This document shows, piece after piece, positions 7,964 to 17,900 of a stretch of DNA of 35,865 nucleotides. The DNA lies in sequence record SRR9188677_180. One strand, given 5' to 3'. The notes under the pieces were generated by a model. The model worked only from the letters and a program-made list of their open reading frames with translations, was not told the DNA's origin and did not search any database. Position numbers and translations under genes: made by a program. How positions within the stretch are numbered: the stretch's first letter is position 1; the number at the start of each line of letters is the position of its first letter.

Positions 7964-9962
7964 AATCATAAAAATTCCAGCTTACCCCAAACTTTAAGGC
8001 CCTATCTGGCATTGGATATCTGTTAACTGTATAAAATCCCCTGCTCAACAATCCTTGGTTAGCGTAATCGTATTTTACAAAAAGATTAGCTCTTCTTAAT
8101 CCAGCTTTCACCCAAACATCAACCACAGGCTTACTGCCAAAAACAACGTTTGCACCATTATAAAACTGGCTTGCCGCAGGTGAATATGAAGCAGCATCAA
8201 AAGTGGTATTATACCTGATATCAAATCCGATTTGTGTTTTTAATGCTTTAAAGAAAGTTTGTTCTTTATAAAAACTATTAAAAGTATATACTTCAGGCGT
8301 TCTTAAAACAGCGTTGTTATCTGTTTTTTGATATACCACAAATGCATCTAAATGTAAGGATTTATATCTAAAACGCTTACCAACACTCAACTTTAACATA
8401 TTAATATCACCACTAAACTGAGCAGGCAAAATACTTGTACTTAAAGTAGGGTTTTGTGTGAAATATAAGTAATCGGTAATTAGGTAATAAGCTGCGGTGG
8501 CATCAAAACCATATTTGTCATTGATATAACTGAAAGACAAATTTGCTGTTTTTGTACGATCAAAGCTTTCTTTCCATTGGTAATGGTTACCTTGATAAAG
8601 GTTAAATATTTGTTCTGGAGATTTATTTTGGAGATAAGCCCCTAAAACAACCCTCCCGGCATTCTTACTAAAAAACACATTACTTTTTGCCTCATACAAA
8701 AAATCACCTAAGTTTTCGCCCTGCATAATTTGCTGCAGATCTAAATTAAAATCAACCCTGTTGCTAAAACGATAACCTAAATTACCTAACAAGGTTAAAT
8801 TTTGAAATGTACGCTGCTCATCATAATACCTGCTCAAATCTTTCTTTATACCAAGTTGAGTATAATTATAGAAATCATGCCTTAATCCAGCATCAATTTT
8901 TAACTCATTTTTAATGAATGAACTGCCTTTTGCCCTTAAAAAGAAACTGTAGATAAATTCATTTTGTAAATGCTTAACGTTGGTAGAATCGTTTGTAAAA
9001 ACTGGATCGTTAACACCTTTTGGCAAAACGCTAAAATCATCCGCCTCATCCTTTTTAAAAGAAAAATCACTTTTAGTGTAAATAAGGGTATGTGTTATTT
9101 TGTTCGTTGGCAAAATGTTTTGCGCATTTACTGTGCCTGTACTATCAATACGGCCTACAAAATAACTCTGCTTAAGCATAATTGAATTTTTGCGCCAAAG
9201 CTGTTTTGCAGAATTTAAACGTACGGCTTCTGCTTTTTTATCTACCAATTCTGTTTCACTAGGCTCGAAAATATCTGTTTTTACAATGGATCCATTTTCT
9301 TGCGCTTTCATGGTATTAAACACAACATCAAACCACAAATTATAACGTTTGTTAGGCGCTTGATACCAAGTAAAAATAGCTGCATTTAAAATATCTCCAC
9401 GTTGATGGGTATAATCGCCATTGGCACCAATTCTATTAAAATTTGCGCCGAAATTCCAATTCGGTTTAATATTTTGCGTATGGGTGAGCTTTAAAACCTG
9501 TTCTTTTTCAGATCCATTTACATAATACAAACTGGTAAATGGTGTACGGGCCTTATAAAATTTCACATCGTCATGGTTTAAAATATAATAATCCATACTA
9601 TGGAAGCCTGCATCGAAGCCAATGGTTTTAACAGGCTCGAACAGCAACGGCCTAGCTGCCAAACCTAAAACACCTGTACCAACTGTAGGGCGGCGTGGCT
9701 GGGCCAATACGCTAAAATTCTGTATACCCGTTAAACCAGTATCAATGGGCAAAGTTTGGATACTATCTTTAGTAAGTTTAAGTGTAGTATAGCGAATGTA
9801 TTTAGCGTTAAAAACCACCGAATCTTTTGCACCTTCTTCAAGTTTCCTTAATGAATCTAGTTCTTTATTTTGGGTAACGGTTGTTTTTAAATCTTGCGCC
9901 AGCACTTGGCTACCGCAACATACAATGCAAACCAACCAAATTGAAAATAAAACCTTATACAT
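7962..9962 (-). CDS. putative porin (Bacteroidota Porin_10-like beta-barrel)
   Basis: Signal peptide, 'P.T.L.Y', 'HTQNI', 'ENG' motif, alternating beta-strands and C-terminal 'FGVSWNFYD'. Translationally coupled to the PNP gene. Confidence 0.8.
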   Translation of the reverse strand: MYKVLFSIWLVCIVCCGSQVLAQDLKTTVTQNKELDSLRKLEEGAKDSVVFNAKYIRYTTLKLTKDSIQTLPIDTGLTGIQNFSVLAQPRRPTVGTGVLGLAARPLLFEPVKTIGFDAGFHSMDYYILNHDDVKFYKARTPFTSLYYVNGSEKEQVLKLTHTQNIKPNWNFGANFNRIGANGDYTHQRGDILNAAIFTWYQAPNKRYNLWFDVVFNTMKAQENGSIVKTDIFEPSETELVDKKAEAVRLNSAKQLWRKNSIMLKQSYFVGRIDSTGTVNAQNILPTNKITHTLIYTKSDFSFKKDEADDFSVLPKGVNDPVFTNDSTNVKHLQNEFIYSFFLRAKGSSFIKNELKIDAGLRHDFYNYTQLGIKKDLSRYYDEQRTFQNLTLLGNLGYRFSNRVDFNLDLQQIMQGENLGDFLYEAKSNVFFSKNAGRVVLGAYLQNKSPEQIFNLYQGNHYQWKESFDRTKTANLSFSYINDKYGFDATAAYYLITDYLYFTQNPTLSTSILPAQFSGDINMLKLSVGKRFRYKSLHLDAFVVYQKTDNNAVLRTPEVYTFNSFYKEQTFFKALKTQIGFDIRYNTTFDAASYSPAASQFYNGANVVFGSKPVVDVWVKAGLRRANLFVKYDYANQGLLSRGFYTVNRYPMPDRALKFGVSWNFYD

Positions 9963-10777
9963 TATAATGTAGAAATAAGCTGACTAAGAATTTGCGTCAT
10001 TTTTGGTTCAGCTACCGCAGCTGTTGCTAAAATTTCCTCTAAGCTAAATGGTTGTAACTCTTCCGGAAATCCTTCGTCGGTTAATACTGAAATCGCAAAA
10101 ACAGGCAAACCCATATGGTTGGCAACAATTACTTCAGGCACTGTACTCATTCCTACAGCATCACCACCAATAATTCGTAAATATTTATACTCTGCTTTTG
10201 TTTCTAAATTTGGACCAGTAACAGCAACATAAACCCCTTGGTGGCAAACAATATTAGCCTCTTTTGCAATAGCCAAACCAGCTTTAACCAATGCTTTATT
10301 GTATGGCTGGCTCATGTCAGGAAAACGAGGACCTAAATCTGAATCGTTTAATCCACGCAATGGGCTTTCTGGCTGCAGATTGATGTGATCGCTAATAATC
10401 ATTAAATCACCTTTTTTATAATCTTGATTTAAAGAACCTGCGGCATTACTTACAAACAAATGTTTGATACCCAATGATTTCATTACTCTTATAGGAAAAG
10501 TAATTTGCTGCATAGAGTAGCCCTCGTAATAATGTAAACGGCCTTGCATAGCCACTACTTTTTTACCTTGCAAAGTGCCAAAAATTAATTTGCCCGAATG
10601 GAATTCTAAAGTAGAAATTGGAAAATTGGGAATGCTTGAATACATAATGCTATGCGCAACTTCAATTTCTTTTACTAAGCCACCAAGGCCTGTACCTAAT
10701 ACAATTCCTACTTCTGGTTCGAACTCTCCTATTTTACGTTTTAGGTATTCAACTGATTCTCTTATGGTTTGCAACAT
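9962..10777 (-). CDS. purine-nucleoside phosphorylase (trimeric PNP I / XapA type)
   Basis: 'IVLGTGLG', 'MQGRLHYYEG', 'SNAAG', 'GPNLET.AE' and 'AVGMSTVPEV'. Confidence 0.95.
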   Translation of the reverse strand: MLQTIRESVEYLKRKIGEFEPEVGIVLGTGLGGLVKEIEVAHSIMYSSIPNFPISTLEFHSGKLIFGTLQGKKVVAMQGRLHYYEGYSMQQITFPIRVMKSLGIKHLFVSNAAGSLNQDYKKGDLMIISDHINLQPESPLRGLNDSDLGPRFPDMSQPYNKALVKAGLAIAKEANIVCHQGVYVAVTGPNLETKAEYKYLRIIGGDAVGMSTVPEVIVANHMGLPVFAISVLTDEGFPEELQPFSLEEILATAAVAEPKMTQILSQLISTL

Positions 10778-11801
10778 AGTCTAATATATTTTTATCAAAG
10801 GTATATTTATCTTTTGGCGCCAATGCAATTGTGATTGGCAAATAGTATATCGGCAAATTTAACAGTAAATCTTTTAAATCAGCACTAATTAAACGTTGGC
10901 TATCCTTTTCTGTTGTAACGATTATTTTTTCTTTTGCAGGATGCCTGTTAAACGCTTCAACAAGCTGGGTAATTTCTGTCCTGCTAAATACATGATGATC
11001 TGGAAATTCATGGCTTTCTACACCAATTTCTAACCCATTAATGTACTCTAATAAAGGTTTTGGATTGGCAATTCCAGTTAACAAAAATACCTGCTTTATA
11101 GTTGGTAGCGGAGCAGTTTGCCCGGTAAATAAGTGTACCAAATCTCCATAATCAATACTTGAAAAGGAAATTCTTTGGTCTATCCGAACATCTATTTTTG
11201 TCCTGATTTGAATTTGATCCACCCTGTTTACAACTGCCGGACTTTTGGTGATTAAAACAGCATCTGCCCTATCGTAATTTTTTAAAGGCTCCCTTAAATC
11301 TCCGGCAGGCAATAAAAATTGCATCTTTTGCAACTTGGCAAACTCAAAAAGTAAAATACTAAAGCCTGCTTTTACTGCCCTATGTTGGTAAGCATCATCT
11401 AATAAAATTACCTCGTGGTTAGCTTTTAGCTGATTGATACCAAATACCCTATCCTCACAAACGGCAACCGTAACGTGTTTAAATTTTTTATAATATTGCA
11501 TCGGTTCATCACCTATTGTTTCTGCTGTTGCGCTATCATCGGCCAAAATAAAGCCTTTCGTTTTTCGGCCATAGCCCCTACTTAAAATAGCCACTTTATA
11601 ATTAGAAAGCAGTTTAACCAAATATTCTGTAGTGGGCGTTTTACCCGAACCACCTACAGCCAAATTACCTATGCAAATTACAGGCAAATCAAACTGAGTT
11701 GATTTAAAAATGCCCCAATCATACAGTTTATTCCTTAGCAGAATAATTAAACCATAAATTAAAGAGAATGGCAGTAATACTAATCTTAAATACCTTAACA
11801 T
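10749..11801 (-). CDS. lpxK: tetraacyldisaccharide 4'-kinase
   Basis: 'ICIGNLAVGGSGKTP', 'LSRGYGR', 'GDEP', 'LLDDAYQH', 'LPAGDLRE', 'FPDHH' and 'TTEKD'. Confidence 0.97.
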   Translation of the reverse strand: MLRYLRLVLLPFSLIYGLIILLRNKLYDWGIFKSTQFDLPVICIGNLAVGGSGKTPTTEYLVKLLSNYKVAILSRGYGRKTKGFILADDSATAETIGDEPMQYYKKFKHVTVAVCEDRVFGINQLKANHEVILLDDAYQHRAVKAGFSILLFEFAKLQKMQFLLPAGDLREPLKNYDRADAVLITKSPAVVNRVDQIQIRTKIDVRIDQRISFSSIDYGDLVHLFTGQTAPLPTIKQVFLLTGIANPKPLLEYINGLEIGVESHEFPDHHVFSRTEITQLVEAFNRHPAKEKIIVTTEKDSQRLISADLKDLLLNLPIYYLPITIALAPKDKYTFDKNILDYVANHKRIS

Positions 11802-11808
11802 CTGATTT

Positions 11809-11816
11809 CAAAAATA
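11809..11816 (-). promoter_or_regulatory. -7 element (TATTTTTG) for lpxK
   Basis: TAnnTTTG only 7 nt upstream of the ATG. Confidence 0.5.
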
Positions 11817-11901
11817 AGTATAATTACTGAGATGGTGCTTTACAGCAAATTAATTACACCATTATTACGGCCATTTACCAAGGCAATAAAAGTAAAAAAC
11901 C

Positions 11902-11909
11902 TATCTTTG
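11902..11909 (+). promoter_or_regulatory. -7 element (TATCTTTG) for pruA
   Basis: Canonical Bacteroidota -7 box 20 nt upstream of the ATG at 11930. Confidence 0.65.
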
Positions 11910-11929
11910 TTTAAACAAGAATTTAATTT

Positions 11930-13561
11930 ATGCTTAAAGGATTTTTTAATGTACCAGCTCCTGTTAACGAACCTATTTTGGGTTATGCGCCAGGCAGTAA
12001 AGAACGCGAACTATTAAAAGCAGCATTAGCAGATGCTCGTGGACAAGTAATTGACATCCCGATGTATATTGGTGGTGATGAAGTATATACCGAACAAAAG
12101 GGAAAAGTTACTCCTCCTCATGATCATCAACATGTGTTGGCTAACTATAGCAAAGGAAATAAAAATCACGTAAGCCAAGCTATTGATGCGGCTTTGGCAG
12201 CAAAGGCAGATTGGGAAAATTTAGCATGGGAGCACCGTGCTGCTATATTTTTAAAAGCGGCAGATTTAATTGCTGGGCCATATCGTTATAAACTAAATGC
12301 TGCAACCATGTTGGGGCAGAGTAAAAACGCTTACCAAGCAGAAATTGATTCGGCTTGCGAGCTAATAGATTTCTTGCGTTTTAACGTAAGCTACATGTCT
12401 GAAATTTACAAGCAACAACCACCAGTTTCGCCAAAAGGGAGCTGGAACAGAGTTGAGCAACGCCCATTAGAAGGTTTTGTATTTGCTTTAACCCCATTCA
12501 ATTTTACCGCTATTGCAGGCAACCTACCAACATCTGCAGCGATGATGGGCAATGTGGTTGTTTGGAAACCTGCTAACACCCAAATTTTTGCGGCTAATGT
12601 ATTGATGCAAATTTTCCGCGAAGCGGGATTACCTGATGGTGTTATCAATTTAGTGTATGTTTCTGGGCCAGATGCTGGTGATGTCATTTTCTCTCACCCT
12701 GATTTTGCCGGAATTCACTTTACTGGTTCTACTGGCGTTTTTCAAGATATTTGGAAAACCATAGGTAACAACATTCATAAATTTAAAACTTACCCACGCA
12801 TAGTTGGCGAAACTGGTGGTAAAGATTTTATTTTGGTACACGGTTCTGCCGATGCTGAAGTTTCTAGCACAGCAATTATTCGTGGTGCTTTTGAATACCA
12901 AGGGCAAAAATGCTCTGCTGCTAGTAGGGTTTATATTGCAAAAAGTGTTTGGCCAAAAATTAAAGAATTTATGCTACGCGATTTGGCGACCTTTAAAATG
13001 GGTGGTACCGAAGATTTCAGCAATTTTATTAATGCGGTTATCGACGAAAAGTCTTTCAATAGCCTAGCTAAATATATTGATGCCGCGAAAAAAGACAAAG
13101 GTGTAGAAATTATTGCTGGTGGAAATTATGATAACAGCAAAGGTTATTTTATTGAGCCTACGGTTTTAGTGGTAGACGACCCTAAATACACCACCATGTG
13201 CGAAGAGTTGTTTGGCCCTGTGTTAACCATTTTTGTTTATAACGACGAAGAGTTTGATCAGATTTTAGAGGTGATAGATACTACATCTATTTATGCCTTA
13301 ACAGGAGCTGTTATTGCACAAGATAGATATGCCATTGAAAAAGCTACGCAACGTTTGCGCAATGCGGCTGGTAATTTTTACATTAATGATAAATGTACTG
13401 GCGCTGTTGTAGGGCAACAACCTTTTGGAGGTGCCAGAGGTAGTGGTACTAATGATAAAGCTGGCTCGATGATTAATTTGTTGCGTTGGGTTTCTCCAAG
13501 AACAATTAAAGAAACTTTTGATCCACCTAAAGATTACCGCTATCCGTTTTTAGCAGAATAA
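11930..13561 (+). CDS. pruA: L-glutamate gamma-semialdehyde (1-pyrroline-5-carboxylate) dehydrogenase
   Basis: ALDH4-type motifs 'PFNFTAI', 'FTGST', 'GETGGK', catalytic 'EYQGQKCSA', 'EELFGP' and 'QQPFGGARGSGTNDK'. Confidence 0.95.
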   Translation: MLKGFFNVPAPVNEPILGYAPGSKERELLKAALADARGQVIDIPMYIGGDEVYTEQKGKVTPPHDHQHVLANYSKGNKNHVSQAIDAALAAKADWENLAWEHRAAIFLKAADLIAGPYRYKLNAATMLGQSKNAYQAEIDSACELIDFLRFNVSYMSEIYKQQPPVSPKGSWNRVEQRPLEGFVFALTPFNFTAIAGNLPTSAAMMGNVVVWKPANTQIFAANVLMQIFREAGLPDGVINLVYVSGPDAGDVIFSHPDFAGIHFTGSTGVFQDIWKTIGNNIHKFKTYPRIVGETGGKDFILVHGSADAEVSSTAIIRGAFEYQGQKCSAASRVYIAKSVWPKIKEFMLRDLATFKMGGTEDFSNFINAVIDEKSFNSLAKYIDAAKKDKGVEIIAGGNYDNSKGYFIEPTVLVVDDPKYTTMCEELFGPVLTIFVYNDEEFDQILEVIDTTSIYALTGAVIAQDRYAIEKATQRLRNAAGNFYINDKCTGAVVGQQPFGGARGSGTNDKAGSMINLLRWVSPRTIKETFDPPKDYRYPFLAE

Positions 13562-13568
13562 GTTATCT

Positions 13569-13599
13569 AAAAACCGCTCAAAATTTGAGCGGTTTTTTT
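13569..13599 (+). terminator. intrinsic terminator of pruA
   Basis: AAAAACCGCTCAAA-A-TTTGAGCGGTTTTTTT. Confidence 0.9.
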
Positions 13600-13609
13600 A
13601 TGCAGTTTG

Positions 13610-13726
13610 TTTTTGGAACACTATCCGTTGTAATATAAACCCAATTGTAGCGGGCACGAACGTAGTGAAGTAAAGCGAAAAGTGGGGCTGAAGAGCCGAT
13701 AAAAAACTACCAATCGTTTTCAAAAA
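13610..13726 (-). repeat. interspersed intergenic element, copy A (MITE/ncRNA-like)
   Basis: Imperfect terminal inverted repeats TTTTTGGAAC / GTTTTCAAAAA. Shares three ordered motifs with 23726-23875 in the opposite orientation. Confidence 0.55.
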
Positions 13727-13752
13727 AAAATCCCAAGCTTAAACTTGGGATT
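13722..13752 (-). terminator. intrinsic terminator of the carbonic anhydrase gene
   Basis: AATCCCAAG-N6-CTTGGGATT with an A run on its left, which is a U tract on the minus strand. Confidence 0.8.
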
Positions 13753-13768
13753 AATTACAATTTGTGGT

Positions 13769-14428
13769 TTAGATACTTACCTTGAAAGCAGGAGAAACAT
13801 CATCCAAACTATGGCTGCTCACCTTTAGATCTTTGATGATACCTGTTTTTAAGCTGTATACCCAAGCATGTACAGAAAGCTCTTGCCCTTGAGACCATGC
13901 ATTTTGTACAATTGAAGTATTTACAATATTTGCAGCACCTTCTATTGCATTCAATTCAACCAATCGGTTAAACCTTTGCTCTGGATCTTTCATGGTTTCC
14001 ATTTCTCTTTCGTGCATACGGTACACATCTCTAATGTTTCTTAACCAGTTATCGATAATACCAACTTGCTTATTACCTAGTGCTGCATTAACACCACCGC
14101 AGCCATAATGACCACAAACAATAACATGTTTCACTTTTAACACATTTACCGAATAATCTAGCACACTTAGCATGTTCATATCGGTATGCACTACCACATT
14201 TGCAATATTTCTGTGTACAAAAATATCTCCTGGGTAAGTGTTGGTAATTTGGTTGGCTGGCACACGGCTATCAGAACAGCCTATCCATAATACTGGAGGG
14301 TTTTGGCCAGCAGATAATTTATCAAAATAAGTAGGGTCTGATTTTTTCATTTCCTCTACCCAGTCCATATTGCCTTTTAATAGGCCATCGTATGTAATAT
14401 CTTTAGTTTCTATCGTTTTTGCACACAT
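13769..14428 (-). CDS. can: beta-class carbonic anhydrase
   Basis: Zinc ligands 'GCSDSR' and 'HYGCGG'; also 'FVHRNIAN'. Confidence 0.93.
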   Translation of the reverse strand: MCAKTIETKDITYDGLLKGNMDWVEEMKKSDPTYFDKLSAGQNPPVLWIGCSDSRVPANQITNTYPGDIFVHRNIANVVVHTDMNMLSVLDYSVNVLKVKHVIVCGHYGCGGVNAALGNKQVGIIDNWLRNIRDVYRMHEREMETMKDPEQRFNRLVELNAIEGAANIVNTSIVQNAWSQGQELSVHAWVYSLKTGIIKDLKVSSHSLDDVSPAFKVSI

Positions 14429-14433
14429 AAAAT

Positions 14434-16038
14434 TTAATTATTAATATCGTCAACAATTTTGGTATTTAATTTTGGCACTGCGTAATGTTTTTTAACATTT
14501 TCTAAAGTTACAATTATGCCTTTAGTATACGCATTGTGCTTGTAATTAAAAATGGTTTCTAACACATCTGGGTCTATATACCTAGAATTAGAACCATCAA
14601 TAATCACATTTGTTTCTTTTGGTATGCCTGTTAGCAATACCTGTATGGCCGCTTTATTAAGAAAAGACACTTCTTCTGCCAATTTTATCCTGATGTTCTT
14701 TTTATTTTCTTCTTCTTTTATTTTATAGAAAAACGGATTGCGCATATTGGTACGCAGCAAGTAGAAAATAGAAAATGCCATGCCTACAGCAACGCCTTTT
14801 AATAAATCTGTAAATACTACTGCCAACACTGTAATTACAAAAGGAACAAATTGATCCCAGCCTTTGTGGTACATGTGTTTAAATAGCGAAATGCGTGTGA
14901 GCTTGTATCCGGTTACCAAAAGTATAGATGCCAAGCAGGCCAAAGGGATCATGTTGATAATGCCAGGGATAAATAAAAGGGATAGCAACAACCAAGCACC
15001 ATGAAATATTGATGACATTTTTGTTCTAGCGCCAGAATTTACATTTGCCGAGCTGCGTACAATTACCGATGTCATGGGTAAGCCACCCAACATACCACTA
15101 GCAATATTACCTAAACCTTGTGCCATTAACTCTCTGTTGGTAGGCGTTACGCGTTTGATTGGGTCAATTTTATCAACTGCCTCTACGCCCAATAGTGTTT
15201 CTAAACTAGCTACTATGGCAATGGTACCTCCAACTATCCAAACTTGTTTGTTGGCAATGGCCGAAAAATCTGGGGCTGTGAATAAATTTTTAAATTCATC
15301 CCAACCATTAAACACTGGTATAGCTACTATTTGTTCGGGTTTTAAAGCATAATTAGAGTTCTGAAACAACAAGCTTAAGCCTACGCCCAAAACAACTACT
15401 AATAAAGGTGCTGGCACAACGCTTAATTTTTTAAATCTTGGCCAAAAAACTAAAATTAAAATAGATAGCACACTAATTACTATTGCTGCTAAACTAAACT
15501 TATTTAAGGCATTGCCGATGGCTGAAAAGGTGTTTTGGTTATCACCTTGGAAAAACTCTTCGTCGCCTAAAAAATCGCTATCTACACCTAAGGCATGTGG
15601 CAGTTGTTTTAAAATTAAGATTAACCCAATTGCCGCTAGCATCCCTTCTATAACACTTGAGGGAAAATAGTTACCAATGGTGCCGGCCTTAATTAGGCCA
15701 AGCACCAACTGAAAAACACCTGCCAAAACCACAGCAAGTAAAAATATTTGATAACTACCTAATTGCGCAATTGCGCCTAAAACAATAACTGTTAAGCCCG
15801 CAGCCGGACCACTTACACTTAACTGCGACCCACTTACAAAACCTACAACAATACCACCTACAATACCGGCAATTAAACCTGCAAATAAGGGTGCGCCAGA
15901 GGCCAGGGCAATTCCCAAACATAGTGGCAGTGCTACTAAAAACACAACAACACTAGAAGGAAGGTCTTTCTTTAAATTTTTTGCCAATAAATACTTTTTC
16001 ACATCGAACCTTTGTGAGGTCGATTCATCATTTCTCAT
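14434..16038 (-). CDS. SulP/SLC26 family anion (likely bicarbonate) transporter
   Basis: 'VVFLVALPLCLGIALASG', 'VSGPAAGL', 'NRELMAQG.GN', 'TSVIVRSSAN' and a truncated STAS-like C-terminus. Lies 5 nt upstream of can. Confidence 0.93.
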   Translation of the reverse strand: MRNDESTSQRFDVKKYLLAKNLKKDLPSSVVVFLVALPLCLGIALASGAPLFAGLIAGIVGGIVVGFVSGSQLSVSGPAAGLTVIVLGAIAQLGSYQIFLLAVVLAGVFQLVLGLIKAGTIGNYFPSSVIEGMLAAIGLILILKQLPHALGVDSDFLGDEEFFQGDNQNTFSAIGNALNKFSLAAIVISVLSILILVFWPRFKKLSVVPAPLLVVVLGVGLSLLFQNSNYALKPEQIVAIPVFNGWDEFKNLFTAPDFSAIANKQVWIVGGTIAIVASLETLLGVEAVDKIDPIKRVTPTNRELMAQGLGNIASGMLGGLPMTSVIVRSSANVNSGARTKMSSIFHGAWLLLSLLFIPGIINMIPLACLASILLVTGYKLTRISLFKHMYHKGWDQFVPFVITVLAVVFTDLLKGVAVGMAFSIFYLLRTNMRNPFFYKIKEEENKKNIRIKLAEEVSFLNKAAIQVLLTGIPKETNVIIDGSNSRYIDPDVLETIFNYKHNAYTKGIIVTLENVKKHYAVPKLNTKIVDDINN

Positions 16039-16107
16039 AACTCTATAGTTAAACTTTTAAATCTTAAACAAAATCAGCGCTATGCAAAAAGCAAAGCGTG
16101 TTAAAAT

Positions 16108-16446
16108 TTATGAAAAGTTTGGCGGAGGTGTTGGTACTGATGGATGATAAGGATCTACATATCGCCGAGAATGATCAATAAAACTATTGGTAACGCCCGT
16201 TTCCATTGAAACAGGATGATAGGTAAGCTCATAAAAATGAAACATGAGCTTCTGATCTACAAATTTAATACTGCTTTTGCTGGCATCATCGCCACTATTT
16301 TCAGCCTCCAACTGCATAATTACAGCATTCATTAAGCTTTTATCCAATTGTGCAAAAAATACCGGAGCACCTGAAATCACCATTTTAGACGTAAAAATGC
16401 TCATAAAAGCAATTACAATTAAAATACGGTGTTTTCTTAGTAACAT
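16108..16446 (-). CDS. hypothetical leader-like protein with N-terminal hydrophobic segment and C-terminal 'HPSVPTPPPNFS'
   Basis: Likely start is the ATG at 16446 (MLLRKHRILIVIAF...), because a -33/-7 promoter lies inside the longer ORF-track extension. Confidence 0.7.
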   Translation of the reverse strand: MLLRKHRILIVIAFMSIFTSKMVISGAPVFFAQLDKSLMNAVIMQLEAENSGDDASKSSIKFVDQKLMFHFYELTYHPVSMETGVTNSFIDHSRRYVDPYHPSVPTPPPNFS

Positions 16447-16469
16447 TAATTTTGTTTTACTGTGGTATT

Positions 16470-16502
16470 CAAAAATAGCTCCAAATGTGCTAAACAAACA
16501 AA
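16470..16502 (-). promoter_or_regulatory. sigma70 promoter TTTG-N21-TATTTTTG for the leader-SulP-can operon
   Basis: The + strand shows CAAAAATA at 16470-16477 and CAAA at 16499-16502. Confidence 0.55.
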
Positions 16503-16639
16503 TTTATTAGTAATTAAAATGCAATTTAAATGAATATTTTACAAAACAGATTGAGCCTTAACTACATAAAATGCATTTAAACAATAAAAAATTAAACAGA
16601 TTAAGTGTAATTTAACGCCCTCAAAATAGCTGGTTTTTC

Positions 16640-17875
16640 ATGAAGAAAATTATCCTTATACTGTGCCTCCTTGCCCCCATTTTTGCTTTTGCGCAAAACA
16701 ATAATGCTCCTTCATCTTACGATATCCATGACATTAAAATCACTGGCTATCTACAAACGCAGTATCAAAAGGCACAATCTGCTGGCATAAGTTCTTTTTC
16801 TGGAGGTGATTTTTCAGCAAATAGTGATAGCAGGTTCATGATTAGACGTGGCCGATTAAAGATAGATCGTGTAGATAAATATTCGAATATTGTTTTCCAG
16901 CTAGATGCTACCCAAAATGGGGTAAATTTAATGGATGCCTTTATACAATTGCATGCACCAGACCAAACTGATATTGTATTTACTGCTGGTTTATTTAACA
17001 GGCCATTTGGTTATTCTATAGTGTATTCTTCTGGTTTTAGGGACTTCCCAGAAAGGTCACGCGTTTTTCAAACCTTAATGCCAAGAGAAAGAGATTTAGG
17101 CGCAATGATTACCTACCACCCTAAAAAGATTGCCAAATTTTTAACTGCAGATTTAGCCATGGTTAATGGAAGCGGATTAAGTGCCAGAGATTATGACTCT
17201 AAAAAGGATTTAATTGGTAGCTTAACTTTTAAGTTTGATAGTTTAGCAAATAAAAAAATACACCTAGGCTTTGGAGGCTCGTTTTATAAAGGCACCGTAC
17301 GCAGCAGTACAAATACTTATTATAGCAATGCTGATGTTGGTTTTACTGCCAACACCGCAGCAGATAATGTGAATAAAAATTTAAACAGAGCATATTATGG
17401 CGCAAATTTACAATTACAGTTAGACCATAATTTTGGTACCACAAGCATTAAAACAGAGTATGTTGCTGGTACGCAACCTGGTGTAGCCAATTCTGCTAAT
17501 TTGGCTGGGCCTTATGCAAGTCAAAGTTTTGCTACACAACCTACAACAAATCTCTATCTTCGTAGTTTTGATGGCTACTATATTTGGCTGACGCAACAGA
17601 TTGGTAAAAGTAAATTTTCAGCTTTGCTAGCTTATGATGAGTACGATCCAAATACCAAAGTAAGTGGCGCAACAATTGGCATGGCGAATACCAATACCAC
17701 TGCAGCCGATATTAAATATAGTACTTTAGGCTATGGTGCAACTTGGGCAATAAACTCACGACTTAAGCTAACGGTATACAATGAGCATATACAAAATGAA
17801 AGTACAGCAATAGCTGGATTTGAACATGATTTGAAAGACGATGTATTTACTACACGTTTACAATATAGATGGTAA
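16640..17875 (+). CDS. outer-membrane porin, phosphate/anion-selective porin O/P-like
   Basis: Signal peptide (AFA-Q), 'GYLQTQYQ', 'FMIRRGRLK', 'AGLFNRPFG', 'ER', 'RDLGA' and C-terminal 'RLQYRW'. Confidence 0.75.
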   Translation: MKKIILILCLLAPIFAFAQNNNAPSSYDIHDIKITGYLQTQYQKAQSAGISSFSGGDFSANSDSRFMIRRGRLKIDRVDKYSNIVFQLDATQNGVNLMDAFIQLHAPDQTDIVFTAGLFNRPFGYSIVYSSGFRDFPERSRVFQTLMPRERDLGAMITYHPKKIAKFLTADLAMVNGSGLSARDYDSKKDLIGSLTFKFDSLANKKIHLGFGGSFYKGTVRSSTNTYYSNADVGFTANTAADNVNKNLNRAYYGANLQLQLDHNFGTTSIKTEYVAGTQPGVANSANLAGPYASQSFATQPTTNLYLRSFDGYYIWLTQQIGKSKFSALLAYDEYDPNTKVSGATIGMANTNTTAADIKYSTLGYGATWAINSRLKLTVYNEHIQNESTAIAGFEHDLKDDVFTTRLQYRW

Positions 17876-17900
17876 CCAAATATAGTTTAATTATAATCTG

